Source: Narcine bancroftii (lineage: Eukaryota). From it: 64,000 bases of DNA. The notes under the pieces were generated by a model. It saw nothing but the letters and a program-made list of their open reading frames with translations, did no database searches and was not told the DNA's origin. The stretch is taken from NCBI RefSeq assembly GCF_036971445.1, contig NC_091469.1, positions 278,070,001 to 278,134,000 on the forward strand. The letters are read 5' to 3'. The position numbers and the translations under genes were made by a program. This document shows, in pieces, positions 26,254-39,284 of this stretch (position 1 is the stretch's first letter; every line of letters begins with the position of its first letter).

Positions 26254-27423
26254 TTGTAAATCATAATTCCCGTATATTACTGAATGTAATGGCAATAGTA
26301 GTGAGATAAACAACTAAAAAAATTAAAATTATGCCTTTAAATTACAATGTCACGCTTCCAATTCTCAAAAAACTAATTGATACAGGTTCACAAATACTAA
26401 TTACCACAATATTGTAGCTAAAACACTAGAACATTTGACTAAAGCTGTGACTATAAAAACACCAGCAGCAATGAAAACAACAGCGCGTGCTTGTAGCGCG
26501 TGCAGACAAAACCATGTGATTTGAAGCGTCATTGTAATTGGGTAATAATGACAGCTCTGACCACAGCACATTTAAAGATTCAAAAAGTAAATTAGCTTTG
26601 AGTTTTAGCCTTGTAGACTGACAAAAAATGTTTTTGTTGTTATAACTAACTACAGGGATATTTTTATAAACTATAATAAATTTCTGCTGAAACACTGCAC
26701 AAAAATTTTATAGACAGTCATTTTGGTGTCACTCCCTCTAATGGTGTCATCCAGTGTGGTCGGCACCCCTCTAGTGATGTCAGTGGTTTGAATGGATATT
26801 GAGCGAGGAAAGAATTGGACTGAATTTCATCTAATGACAAACTTCCCTGATAATCAGAACATAAAAGTAAATCATGGCCATTTATTTGATATGCAGAAGG
26901 GTGGCTTCACTGAAGCAGTTGGCAGTGAACATTGGTGGCCTTCCGTGAGCATGCATGAATTTATCTAAACTTTAAGAAGAAGAATTATTTTTTCGGGGAA
27001 GGAGCGGAGATGCTTTGCTATTCTACTAGCTGAGGTTACTGCCATCTTGCAACTATGACCATAGTTGGCATGGAGCTAAACCCCACCTCCAAAACCATTT
27101 TTTTAAGGTGGCCCTTTAAGAGATGGGGACATAACTAAAAGAAACGTGTAGAAATTAGAACCACATAATGAAGTCGTACAGCACAAAACAGGCCATTTGG
27201 CCCACCTCATACATGCAAACCTATTTGTCGATCTATATTAATCCCAACTACCAGTATTAGGGCTGTATCCTTTTACACCTTGCCTATTTAAGTGTCTGTC
27301 TACAGCAGAATACTTAAACACATTGTATCACAGTGGAGCGCTTGAATATTGTGCTATGTAAAGCAGGTAATCAAATGAAATTCTGCATTTTAAAAATGCT
27401 TCAAAATAACTTTTTTCTGCCAG

Positions 27424-27655
27424 GTAAGAAAAGGACTCTTCCTGATTGAGTTTGAGAAATCTACTCTGGATCAAGATAGCAAGTGTCAAAGCTTTGTGCA
27501 GCAGACTGCAATTTATGACATTATACAGCACAATGAAGCGATGAGGCATTCTGTGGTCCAAGGCGACAAGATATTAGCACCTTGGGAATCAGATGGAGTC
27601 CGATATGGTCCTGGAATAGTTGTATTTGGTATTGAAACTAGAGATCCTTTGCAAG
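27424..27655 (+). CDS. C11orf16: C11orf16-like coding exon 5 (DUF4537)
   Basis: LFLIEFE..GDKILAPWESDGVRYGPGIVVFGIETRDP resembles human GDKVLALWEP..YGPGTVLLGLEMRDP (recalled); phase 0/1. Confidence 0.9.
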
Positions 27656-28006
27656 GTACGATCTCCAGTTTAAAAATTACAACCTTACATGATCATTGTC
27701 CATTTGAATTGAGAATTTGTAAGATAAGTTCCAAGGGGTTGTAAATAGTCTTTTGGGTGATAGCAAATATACATCACTCTGATGTTACTGCATTGAAAAG
27801 AAGAATATTGTTTAAACCACTTCTGTTTACATTAACTATTTGTTGTGGTTCAGGATTAATGTATTGTTAAAACAATCTATGTTCTTGTACAAAATTCATT
27901 CTTTTTTATTCTCTCCCTCATAATATACCCAGTATGTTGCTAAATGATTATGCTGCAAGTGCAAGCTAGTTTGATAATGTTGGGGTTAACCTTTGAGTAT
28001 GTACAG

Positions 28007-28470
28007 CATTGAGTCCACGCTGCTGAAGATCCAGCTGCGCTGGATGGGTCACGTCTCCAGAATGGAGGACCATCGCCTTCCCAAGATCGTGTTATATGGC
28101 GAGCTCTCCACTGGCCACCGTGACAGAGGTGCATCAAAGAAGAGGTACAAGGACTGCCTAAAGAAAGCTCTTGGTGCCTGCCCCATTGACCACCGGCAGT
28201 GGGCTGATCTCACCTCAAACCGTGCATCTTGGCGCCTCACACTTTGGCGGGCAGCAACCTCCTTTGAAGAAGACCGCAGAGCCCACCTCACTGACAAAAG
28301 GCAAAGGAGGAAAAACCCAACACCCAACCCCAACCAACCAATTTTCCCCTGCAACCGCTGCAACCGTGTCTGCCTGTCCCGCATCGGACTTGTCAGCCAC
28401 CAACGAGCCTGCAGCTGACGTGGACTTTTTACCCCCTCCATAAATCTTCGTCCGCGAAGCCAAGCCAAAG
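28007..28470 (+). mobile_element. Short 3' copy of the same RTE LINE
   Basis: Near-identical to about 25780-26240; TSD ATGTACAG at 27999-28006 and 28471-28478. Confidence 0.92.
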
Positions 28471-28589
28471 ATGTACAGTTTGTGGAAAACCTTGCCTACA
28501 TTCACAGGACATCTTAAATGTCATCACTACTTGAAGAGTTAAGTAGTAGATCTCCACTCTGTGTTTGATTCTACTAGTTGTAAGAGTTG

Positions 28590-28940
28590 AATCCAATATG
28601 GAAGAAGGTCCCTTGGCCCATTGAGATTGTGCTAACTAATGAATATCCAGTTTACACTATTTCTGTACTCATCTAATTATATTCTCTCCACATTCCTATC
28701 AACTGCTCACCATCTCCAATCCTTCCACACACTAACCAGTTAACCTTTGTACAATATCTTTATGACTTTGAGTTTCTACTGGGTTTCCTGCTTTCTACTG
28801 CACACCCTTAGGATGTGGGAGGAAACCAGAGCATCCAGAATAAACCTATAGTCATAGAGCAATGCCAAACATTCCAGAGTCAGTGCTCTAGGTGAATATT
28901 GAAGCTCAAGTCACTATTTCTGCCAGCTGCACCACAGTGA
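28590..28940 (-). mobile_element. Degenerate V-SINE-like element
   Basis: GGATGTGGGAGGAAACCAGAGCATCCAG V-domain-like core, similar to 2325-2545. Confidence 0.5.
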
Positions 28941-28964
28941 TGCCCAGTTTTTTACTGTTTAGAA

Positions 28965-29630
28965 CACACATGTCAAACTCAGGCCCACGGGCCAAATTTG
29001 GCCCATGATATAATTATATTTGGCCCGCAAGATCATATCAAATATGTATTAGAGCCGGCCCCCGCGCCAGTATAGTGCATGCACAGCTAATACTACAAAC
29101 CCAGAATGTTTGCAAATGTGTTGGCGCTGGCCCGTCAGCCCGCTAATCGCCCCCACCTCCTCTCTTTACTTTCATTAGTATCTGCGACCTGTCGCCTAAC
29201 TCACATGTAATAAACTCCTTACGAAAAATGGCCAAACGAAAGACAGAAAACAGGACCTTTCAAGACAAGTGGGAGGCAGACTATATGTTCATCATTTTAA
29301 AAGACAAACCTGTTTGTCATTGAAGCAAGTTGTTATTTTTTGACTTGGCTTGTGAAAAAAAATACATTTAAAAGGAGCTTAAAGGCTATAGAGAAATATT
29401 ATTTATTGAATATTTTAGTTTTCATTTGTTAATGCTTCTTCTGGAAAGAGTTTAACCAAAACTATTATTAAACATTTATTTTAATAAGAAAAAGTTAAAC
29501 ATTACATATGTTGAAAGAAGAGAAAACATGCAGATGTTGTTGAAAATTTTCAATAAGTATTTAGTTTGGCCCATGACTTAGTCCAAGTTTTTAATTTTGG
29601 CCCTCTGTGAATTTGAGTTTGACACCCCTG
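28965..29630 (+). mobile_element. Non-autonomous hAT-Charlie/SPIN-like transposon
   Basis: 8-bp TSD GTTTAGAA on both sides; TIR-like ends (..TGTCAAACTC / GAGTTTGACACCCCTG); internal transposase start MAKRKTENRTFQDKWEADYMF..KPVC. Confidence 0.85.
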
Positions 29631-29799
29631 GTTTAGAATAATAGATATTGAGAGTTGCAGACACTTCAAAAATTATCTTGAAATTTTTTATACTTAAGTT
29701 TTCTTCAGTAATGGATTTTACTGTACTTACTATTGTGTCTTGCAATATTTCTTTACATGTAAATGATAATTAAAGGTGCATAATGTAATGATTTAATTG

Positions 29800-30545
29800 T
29801 TACACTGCTACACTACCATCAAGGATGCCTTCTAGTCCATTCCACACTCACACTTTGGAATGTCAGACCACCTGGCTGTGCATCTCTTTCCTGAACACAG
29901 ACTGAAACTGAAGACCATTGCACCAATAGTGAAGAGTGTACAAAGCTGGTCTGCGGACGGGCAAGAGCAGCTTTGTCATTGCCTTGAGTCAGTGGACTGG
30001 GCCGTGTTCAAGGTCTCGGCTGCAGATCTGAATGAATCTGCCCCAGTGGTTACTGACTTTAACTGAAAATGTGTGAACAAGTGTGTTCCCACTAACGTGA
30101 TTTGGGCATATCCTAACCAGATGCTACAGATGAGCTAAGAAATCTGTAAACACTTAAAGATGAGTTCTGTGGTTTTCAGATCAGAAGGTTCAGGAATAAC
30201 AGGGATCATGTCCAGAAAACCATTGCCAATATGCTCCCAGTTTCTGAAGTTGACATAAACAGAACCTTCAGGAGGATTAATCCTTGAAAAGCTTCTGACC
30301 CAGATGGAGCACGTGGTCATGACCTTAAAACCTGGATTTCTTGTCACACTGATCATACACAAAGACTGTCTGCATTATTGTAACACCACTTTTCTTTCCT
30401 CTTGCACTGTGAATGTTTATTTTCTATTTTTAATTTAATATGTATTATCGTACTTTTTTCATAAAGTTCATGTAAGTCTTCAGCAAGTAAGAATTTGGAT
30501 GCTTATGTACATTCTACAATGAATATGAAAGTAAACATTATCATT
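29800..30545 (+). mobile_element. Fragmented Rex/Babar-like LINE remnant
   Basis: FGMSDHLAVHLFP..LCHCLESVDWAVF endonuclease/linker motifs, followed by a 3' tail. Confidence 0.6.
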
Positions 30546-30793
30546 ATGGTACATAAACTGATCATTCAGACTTTCAGCTATTTCATTGTTGCTAATATCC
30601 CTTTGGACATAAGGTTACGGAAACTATGAAGTACATTTGGAGTTTTGTTTCCAGCTATATTTAAATTAATGATGAAATTGGTAACCAGATTGAAGAGCCT
30701 GACCTACTATTCTTCCAGTGGTATAATGTATCATCCATATTTATGTTAATAGTATAGTTTTACTATAAAGCTCTCTTCCTTCTATTAAAATAG

Positions 30794-31462
30794 TGATGGA
30801 AGATGATGAAATCTCTGTAAAGTTCTGGAATGGGAAAACTGTGAAGGTTTCCAAAAATGTAGCCGTTTGGATTCCACCTGCTATGTATGAAAGAATTCTA
30901 CAGGAGCTGTTAGCTCCATTATTATCCAGGCAGCACCCAAGGGCTGATAAATTAACTGCTTGCCATAATGTTTGTCTGCAAAGGCCCCAGACTGAGTTGG
31001 CTTGTGTATGCAACTTTGGACCAGTGAACATCCAGCCCTCGTGTTCAGCTTTTCCTGGACTGGACCCATCTTACAATTATTGGCATGGGTTCTATCATGG
31101 CTTCCATTCTTTGCCCGTCCACCTTCCATGTTACTGTTTCCCAGAAGTGATTTCTCCTGCAGGATGGTGGCCATTAACTTCAAAATGTACTAACTCAAAA
31201 GCTTGTGACCAAGATGAGTTGGAAAAGAAAATTGCTTTGCAGCTTCAGGAATTAGATGTACCGAAGAAGAATAGTTCTAATGAAAACTTGCTGTCTTCAT
31301 CTGAAGATTCTGACAGTAGCCCAGAGACAAGTAAACCTGCTTTGGAAGATAGGGCAGTGAATACAGACTCTCTGTTGGAGAAGCGGAGAATCAAAGCAAG
31401 AGACAGGCCTGAATGGAGATATTGGAGCCAAAGCCACCAAGAGCCACATCGAAGGAAACCAG
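30794..31462 (+). CDS. C11orf16: C11orf16-like coding exon 6 (end of DUF4537, Cys/Pro-rich region, PEWRYW motif)
   Basis: EISVKFWNGKTVKV and RPEWRYW..EPHRRKPG match human C11orf16 motifs (recalled); phase 1/1. Confidence 0.9.
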
Positions 31463-31911
31463 GTAAAGTTAAGCATTAATTTGTGTGGGAGATGAGTTTT
31501 CTTGGACTTTCCTTGCTGATGTAAATGGAGCTTTCAGCAAAATTCCACTCGTGCTACAGGAGTGGAATTGTTCTGATAAATATTAGGTATAGGAAACAGA
31601 TTACATGTATGTTAAAACTATTATTTTCTTTGATTACTTTTGTTTGCTTATGTCTGAAGTCAACAGATGTAAACTTTTAAATTAATGTGTAATATTTTAA
31701 GCAACCTTGCAGGTGATCAAATATAGATCCTTTAAATGACAATGCTGTTTATTTGAGACAAGAAAAGTGCCAATGAAGTTGATGATAGAGGACAAGAATG
31801 TACAGACAGACTCATTTTAACAGATCATGTATATTTAATATGACTACAGAATGCCCTTTTACTTCATCGTGAGGTCCAAATTTGCTGATTTGGGCTATTG
31901 GGGTCACAAAA

Positions 31912-32140
31912 TGTAGCGAACAAAGACACAGTAGTCGATGTGAATCAGTTTAACTGACTTTACTGGAACTCTCGTGTGAGTTTATAAGCACAACCCCCAT
32001 GATATTTTGCTGTCCCCAGACCATTGTGACATCAGCCTGGAGGGCTGGCAACACTCCCAGTGTCTTGGGGGCTCTCAGCCCTGCGTGAGCCTACACCTCC
32101 TTGACCCAGTTCGCTTGTAGATCAGCGCAGCCCGCTACGT
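31912..32140 (-). mobile_element. Probable solo LTR
   Basis: Starts TGTAGCG and ends about CGCTAC; TATA-like and polyA-like motifs on minus strand; no clean TSD. Confidence 0.4.
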
Positions 32141-33183
32141 GTACCTACTTAAAATCAAACATTTTCAATTTTTTGATATAAAACTGATTTTTTACAAGTT
32201 TTCTAATTAACTTCCACAGGCTTACAGGACCATAGTGGTGGGCTGAGATTAACATTGATACTGATTTGAATGCAAATGACAGATGCATTGTTCTGAAGTG
32301 CTGAGTTGATTATAAACAATAATCCACATGATCTATTATGTATTTATATATAGAGATACAATAGATAATGGGATGTGTAGGGCTTGATTTGTGAGGCTTT
32401 AACTAATGCATGACTGGTTAAAAGCAGTGTCATATAAAGAAAATATTGGATTATTCAGTATCCATCTGTTTACAAATCTCAGTGTTTTCGAACGTGTTTC
32501 ACTGGGTCCTGTATCCCTGACTCTTAAACTCACGAGGGAACTATTTCAGCACTTACTTTAAAATTACCTGGTTCTGTTTCCAGTGCTCTTTCTCAACCTG
32601 CCAGCATCCCATTTGCCACATTCCTTTTGAATACATAAAGGGTCTATTTCATGAATTCCTTTAAACATGCAAACCTCAATTCCCATGTTCCTTTTAAAGA
32701 TTGAAAGACCCAATTTCCAATCTTGCTTTAACATTTTGGCACCTGTTTTCTATGTTTTCTTTAAACATGTTGGTTCACTGGAAAATTTCTCATACTACAT
32801 TGGTAAAAAAATGAATTAAGAATTTGATGGGATGTTATTAAGTGTAATATCAATATAACCCAGAAAATCTGCTAGTCTGAAATCCTGGATTATTAGAGCT
32901 TTACAGTATCTGTTCGGGTGGACATAATTGATTTCATAGCACTGTTCGAGAAAAGCAGGGAATTCTTAGTGTTCCAAGCACAGTCAGTCTTTTTTGTGTA
33001 AAACTACAGGTTTTGTGTCACAACAGCTGCTGCTGACCTCCATATATTTAAAAATGTATCAAAATACAAAACACATTTAAAATTCTTTAACCAAGATTAT
33101 ATTTTGGGAATTGAGTCAATGTACTTTATATTTTTTGTTATATTTGTTGCTACTGTGCTGCGCACTAATGCCCTTTTTTGCAG

Positions 33184-33377
33184 AGACTTCATTGTCAAGT
33201 CGTTTGAGAAGTGCACCTGACTTCAGTCATCTGGAATCTTCCACGCAGCTTCAGAACCTTGGACCAACAAATTGCAATGCAATGTTTGAAAGTATTGACC
33301 ATGGATGTCCACAGAAGAAAGTCACAATGAAAGAAGTTCTGACCCACCAGAAGCAACAGACTACATCTTCCACTGGG
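33184..33377 (+). CDS. C11orf16: C11orf16-like coding exon 7
   Basis: Polypyrimidine + CAG acceptor, donor GGG|GTACGC, open frame, phase 1/0. Confidence 0.7.
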
Positions 33378-34097
33378 GTACGCTTCCAAACTGATGCATA
33401 AGATTATGGAATTTCATATTCTATATGATTGTTTAATCTCCTTCTTATTTTTTCTTAACAGAAGGTCCTTCCTTAAATATTAACTTATCTTTCAATTCCC
33501 ATTTAGCAGCTGTATACTGAACAGCATTTAGTATTTTATATTTCTGTCTCTTCACCTAGAATTTTCCCGTTTTCCTCTTTTTTCTGTAAAGCTGTCCTGA
33601 CCGAGACTCAGCTAACACCACATTCCATCATTCTGCTGCTAGATGCTTCAGAGACAGAACTCATGACAGTGCTCTGTATTTTACATCACTCTACTGTCAG
33701 GTACTTCATCGACAGCCATCATGGTACCGTGCTATAGTCTGCACTAATAACGTTAAACCTAGTATCAGGAGAGAACACCTAGGACTTTTGAGTTATTAGT
33801 TAATCCACACTTTGGTCAATACTGATTTTGTACAATTGTGTATTCAGACGATTGTTAATTAATTCTAAAAAGACTCTCAGAACTTGTCCCTTCTTTCATT
33901 CCATTATTCTTGTATGTTTGATTGAAGGTCTAGGAATGAAGGAAACTATAAACTGTCAGTGATCTAATCATCTAGGTGCTCACTCTACATCAGTAAACAG
34001 AAAGACCTGACCAGGCACCAATCATTTCCCCAATAACAAGGCAGAAAAATATGTTTTCTATAAATAAAGTATGATTTCTTTTAACTTCAATGACCAG

Positions 34098-34270
34098 ATG
34101 CAAGGTCCACCAATTCAAGAACGTTTAGGAGAGAGTCAGTTGTCACGTGACCGTCGGAATCGGGAGGCTGTGCAGAGATCCAGAATGATAAAGCTGCACC
34201 ATCATCTGTGGGAGAAAGACAGAGAGCAACAATGTGAGGAGAAGTATCAAAGCATCCAGGAAAACCACAG
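34098..34270 (+). CDS. C11orf16: C11orf16-like coding exon 8 (charged, coiled-coil-like)
   Basis: CAG acceptor, donor AG|GTATAT, phase 0/2. Confidence 0.7.
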
Positions 34271-35814
34271 GTATATCAGTGTTTGGAAGTGCAGGTGTGC
34301 AACAGATGTTAGCTGTTGTAATACTGATGAGATCATTTAGAAATAGGAAAAGGCGTGACATTCAAGATTAAAGAATGGACATTCTAAAATCCAGGATTAA
34401 TCAATAACTTGGGAATTAATATATGCAGAAGCTGTGTTCTAGCACTTTTGTAGGCAGTCATCTAATATTGGATATGAATTTGTTTCTGCTGTTTATTGGG
34501 TAGCACTGGCAGTATAAAATATCGCTAGGTGATCATTATCTTGAGTTAAATTGGAAATGTGGGTGGATCAGGAATGGGACCTGGTACCTCATGAGGCTCA
34601 GGTGCTGCTGTGCAGCAGAGAAGTGAGGAGGGAGGCAGTTGGCAAGGGTTCTTGACAAGATATTGAATGTCTGTGCGCATGTGTACACATGCCTAAATAA
34701 TGCCAGGTGGTACCCAGGTATGTACCCATCTTTATGTGCAGATATTAATATGCATGGTCTCCAAGTGCTGTTTGAACCTCCAATCATAGCAAATGTGCAA
34801 AGAACACAACATATTAAAGCAGACCACACTCCATTTGACTTCCACTGTTTGGGGACCCAGATTGTCAGGAACAATCCTGACAGCAGCTGACACAAATGTT
34901 GCTCTGCTATCCTGGTTTGGTAATATCATGTGTGAGATATTTCAGGCAACAATTGGCAATTTTGAAGAACAAGGCACCTTTCTCTGGAGGGGGAAAATCC
35001 TAGAAGGAATGCAGTTTTTACAAAGAAAGCTCTGCTGTTGATAATGAACTTGTTCAGTGCCTCAGTACCCCACCCCATCTCCATAGATTTGGAATGTCTT
35101 ATGAATCTTCAGCTCAGTCCAATATGGAATATGCATAGTATAGTCATCAGTGAATACAGTCCAATCTTGGAAAGTTCAGATGAAGCTGGAAGGGCTTCTA
35201 TTTTGACCTTAAAAAGCATTGGCCCTTAACTTAAAGGGACACAATCTGATCCTGCAGGGTCCCTTCCATATTAGCGGGCTAAGGGATGCATCCCTCTAAC
35301 AAGGCATGATCAGCAAGGAACGATTGGGCAAAACAACTCTTGTGGATTCTTTCTTCTATCAATGCGTCTGGAATATGATCTGTTTCATCAATGGCACAAC
35401 ATGTCACGGCAACACGCTTATTCCAAAGACAGGCACCTGTGAGATTATATCATCATTCAAGTGAAAGACTTTAAGGATATTTACATCATGATAGGTACTA
35501 ATGACTGTAGGTCTGACCTCTGCTGGTATCTGTTCTATCTCCTGCAACCTTTTTTTCAAATTCCAAACATCACCATCAACCAAAGTGTTGACACAAATGT
35601 TGAAGCTCTCAATGACCCTACAAAGGCAGTTTGGCTTAGACAACCTACACAAGTCACAGTATGCAGAACCATAGTTTGGCATTTGTGAAGAGATTCACAA
35701 TGTTGAGACCCTAGTTAAACTGAGTTGGCTGTGTTGGCCAGGCTATGCTGTTCACATATCTGTCAAGAGAATTCCAAAATAGACATTATTCTGACCCCTG
35801 GCTTGGGAAGAGAT

Positions 35815-36870
35815 CAAGTCAAGTCAATTTTATTATCGTCTAATTGCACAAGTACAAACTGTCGAAACAGCATTCTCCAGTCCTCAATGCAAAACATGCA
35901 GACACTCAACCAGACATAACACACATAGAGATAATAATACACATGCATGGATATATACATAAATATTGTTTTGTGAATGTGAGAATCATGATGGTTAGTG
36001 TGAGCAGTTCCTTTGGTCATTCAGCATTCTCATTGCCTGTGAGAAGAAGCTGTTTCTCAGCTTGGTGACGTTGGCTCTCCTGTTTCTCTTTCCTGCCAGG
36101 AGCAGTTGAAAGTTGCTGTGTTCTGGGTGGAAGGTGTCCTCTTCAGACTAAGATCCCAGTAGATCATATCAGTGGGTGGAGAGGGGGGAATGGAGACTCC
36201 AGTGATCCTCTCTGCCACTCTTATGGTCCTGTGGATTGACTTCCGATCCATTTCTCTGCAGCAACCGTACCACACTGTGATGCAGCCAGCCAGGATGGTC
36301 TAGATATAGCTTCTATGGAAGGTTGGCATGATGGTGGCTGTTAGCCTTGCCTGCTTCAATCTTCTCAGGAAGTCCAGTCGCTGTTGCGCCTTCCTTCCTG
36401 ACAAGTTAGGAAATGTTGTGTTCTAGGATAGGTCACCAGTTAAGTGGACTTGAAGGAATTTTGTGCTCTCTACTCTCTCCACGACAGAGTTATCGAAGTA
36501 TAGTGGAGGCTGGTCATTCCTGGTCCTCCTGAAGTCCACAATCATCTTCTTCATCTTGTCCACGTTCAGACTCTGGTTGTAACGCTCGTACCATATCACA
36601 ATATTTTCCACCTCTTCTCTGTAGTTCGACTCATCATTATTGCTGATGAGACCATCTATTTTCATGTTACCTGCAAACTTGATGACACTGTGGAGCTGGA
36701 TCTGGTGATGCAGTTGTGAGTCAGTAGCGTGAACAGGAGTGGGCTGAGCACACAGCCCTGAGGTGCTCCACTACTCAGCGTCATGGCATGTGACGTTCTG
36801 CTACCAACCCGAACAGACTGCGGTCTTTCCGTTAGTAAGTCTTAAATTTAGTTACAGAGAGGGGTGTTGA
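35815..36870 (-). mobile_element. Rex/Babar-like LINE 3' portion
   Basis: NNDESNYREEVE..LNVDKMKKMIVDFRR..VERVESTKFL RT C-terminal motifs. Confidence 0.8.
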
Positions 36871-37019
36871 ATCGCATAGAGGACAGATTACTACACAGGT
36901 GGAGAAAAAAATGCAATTACCCCTTTGACTCCTGGGATCTCTGGCCCAAGACTTCTCAAGGTGGCAAAGAAGCATTAGGAATGGGATTGAGAACCTAGAA
37001 GAGCACTGGAGCACCTCAA

Positions 37020-37410
37020 GGCTGTGTGCTCAAAATCATTGAGGGTCCCTTCCATGCTGCACACAACATCTTTCAGCTGCTCCCATCGGGGAAGAGATAC
37101 AGGAGGATCAGATCCATCACCACCAGGCTGACGAACAGCTTCTTCCCACAGCTAGTAAGCACGTTGATTGACCAAAGGGACAGCTGGTTGACCAAAGGAA
37201 CTGCTCACACTAACCATCCAAGACTCTCATATCCATGAAGCAATTATTTATTTGTATTGATGAAATACTTGTCCTGTGAGTATGTGTATTGTTTGCCTGT
37301 GTGTGTATGTGATTTGTGGTTGTATTTCTATTTTTTTTTTGCACTGAGGACTGGAGAATGCTATTTTATAGGGTTGTACTTGTTCAATCAGATGACAATA
37401 AACTTGACTT
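37020..37410 (+). mobile_element. Rex/Babar-like LINE 3' end, inverted relative to 35815-36870
   Basis: FQLLPSGKRYRRIRSITTRLTNSFFPQ; shares GACCAAAGGAACTGCTCACACTAACCATC with the neighbouring copy. Confidence 0.8.
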
Positions 37411-38183
37411 CTGTGTTAGCAAAAGAAGGAGGGGACCATCTCACAGATGACTCAAAAAACTGCCTCCTCAGTCACCACTCACTCCATCTGTAAAAGAGTC
37501 TGCACTTCCCACATTGGCCACTTCAAAAAGTACAAAATTGGAGAGGAAAGGAATCAACCTCGAGTCTGAGGGATTGTCTAAGGCAATGACTTCAGGTTGT
37601 ATATCAGCTCAGATGAGAAGATATATCTTCGAGGATCTGCTCCATAGGTATGATAACTAAATCTAAATTAATTTCCCCACCATCTTATAATTATTGTTTC
37701 AGATGGTTTGTTGTGGTTAATGTGGCAAAGAATCAAACTGTTTTAAGACTCCGATACCCTGGCAACAGCATCAGGTATGTCTTGGTCACAGCCAAAGTAT
37801 TAAAAAAAAGTTTCCTTTTGGAAATAGATCAGATTCACTAACTGTAAAATTCTTAGTCAGCAAATTAAGATTGTCACACCATGATCCAGGACTGAAAGGC
37901 ATTCCAAGTTCCCTAAGCCTAATTTACAGCTATTATGTAATACATTGAATTTTTCAGTCTGCAAATGAAATTTGTTGGTTAGTTAACAAAGAAAAAAATT
38001 GTGGCAAAAATAATTATTCGGAATACTGGAGATGCAATGGGTCACATGTGCTGGAATACACTGTGATATGCATATTTTTAAACATAGACTTTGTTTCTGC
38101 AATTGTACTATAATACAATAGTCGTTACTATTTTTCACATCTGTTAAGAAATGGAACTGAGTTGGTTAATATTTTACCTTTAG

Positions 38184-38433
38184 GGAGAAAGTACTTCAAC
38201 GTCTGGAGAATAATTTTAAACAGATGCAAGAAAGAGAGCAGAAGTTGGAGAAAATGGAGAGAGCCAAACGGTGTTTGCATCAGAAGACTCAAAGCAGGAT
38301 CCAGTCTATTGCTCAGGAGGACAAGGAGACAGAAGATCGCAGGTTGGCGCATCTCCAGCAGGTGACCACAAGGAAGAATATGAGGGAGGCAGAGAGAATG
38401 AAAGCAAATGAAATAAAAAATATCCGGCTGCAG
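38184..38433 (+). CDS. C11orf16: C11orf16-like coding exon 9 (coiled coil)
   Basis: TAG acceptor, donor CAG|GTACCT, E/K/R/Q-rich open frame, phase 2/0. Confidence 0.75.
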
Positions 38434-38512
38434 GTACCTTACATGTAAAACTGTTCCTTTGAAAAGTAAAACATTTACGAAGAAAAAAACCATTAGAGTT
38501 GTGTTTTTAGGT

Positions 38513-38803
38513 TGTGGGGCGCTGTTAGACAGAATCAGACACACACAAGGTAAAGACTGTACGACAGGCTTTAATCCACAAAGACTTCCACAGAGCTAGG
38601 CTGGCTGTGGCTGCAACAACTCTGTGTGAGGCTTCGGGAGGCCGGCGCAGGCTTATATCCTGGAGGGTGATTGACACCCGACTGGGTGAGGCTTGATCCA
38701 TTCAGGCTGATTGATTGACAGCGGCCAGGTCTTGTCCTGTCCCTTTACACTCCTGCAGGTACAGAGGTTGCCCCCTGCAGTAGACCGGTGGTGGACCACG
38801 ACA
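38513..38803 (-). mobile_element. Probable solo LTR
   Basis: TG..CA ends, ATATAAG and ATTAAA on minus strand, GC-rich relative to the flanks, AGGT-like flanking repeat. Confidence 0.6.
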
Positions 38804-39284
38804 GGTTATCCAAGACCTCTCAACCATTCAATAGAACAATGGCTGATCTTGTGCATCAAATGCATTTTCTCTCAAGATGTTCGTACCCCAATTCATTCAG
38901 TGTCAAACTTTGAATCTACTCAAGAATAGAGAATCTATTAACCTGCACGGTAGAGAATTTGATAGATTCAGAACCCTCTGAGCAATTTCTCCTCCCCTTT
39001 GTCCTAAATAGTTATCCCCTTACCTAGGGACTATGGCCCAAGTTTCAGACAACCTCCCAGCATCTGCTATCATCAACTTGTCCGCCTCAATCAGATCACC
39101 TCTGATTCTTCCATTGAATGTCAAGGGTGGATAGTTAGACATTTTTATTTAGTTAAGGATGATCATTGCCCAGCACTTTTGTGGCACAAATGTTAATTGC
39201 CACTTACTAATTCATGCATGAATGATAAGAGCTTACATTGTTTCTTGTACTTATGTGCATGACAATAATGTGATGCAACATTTG

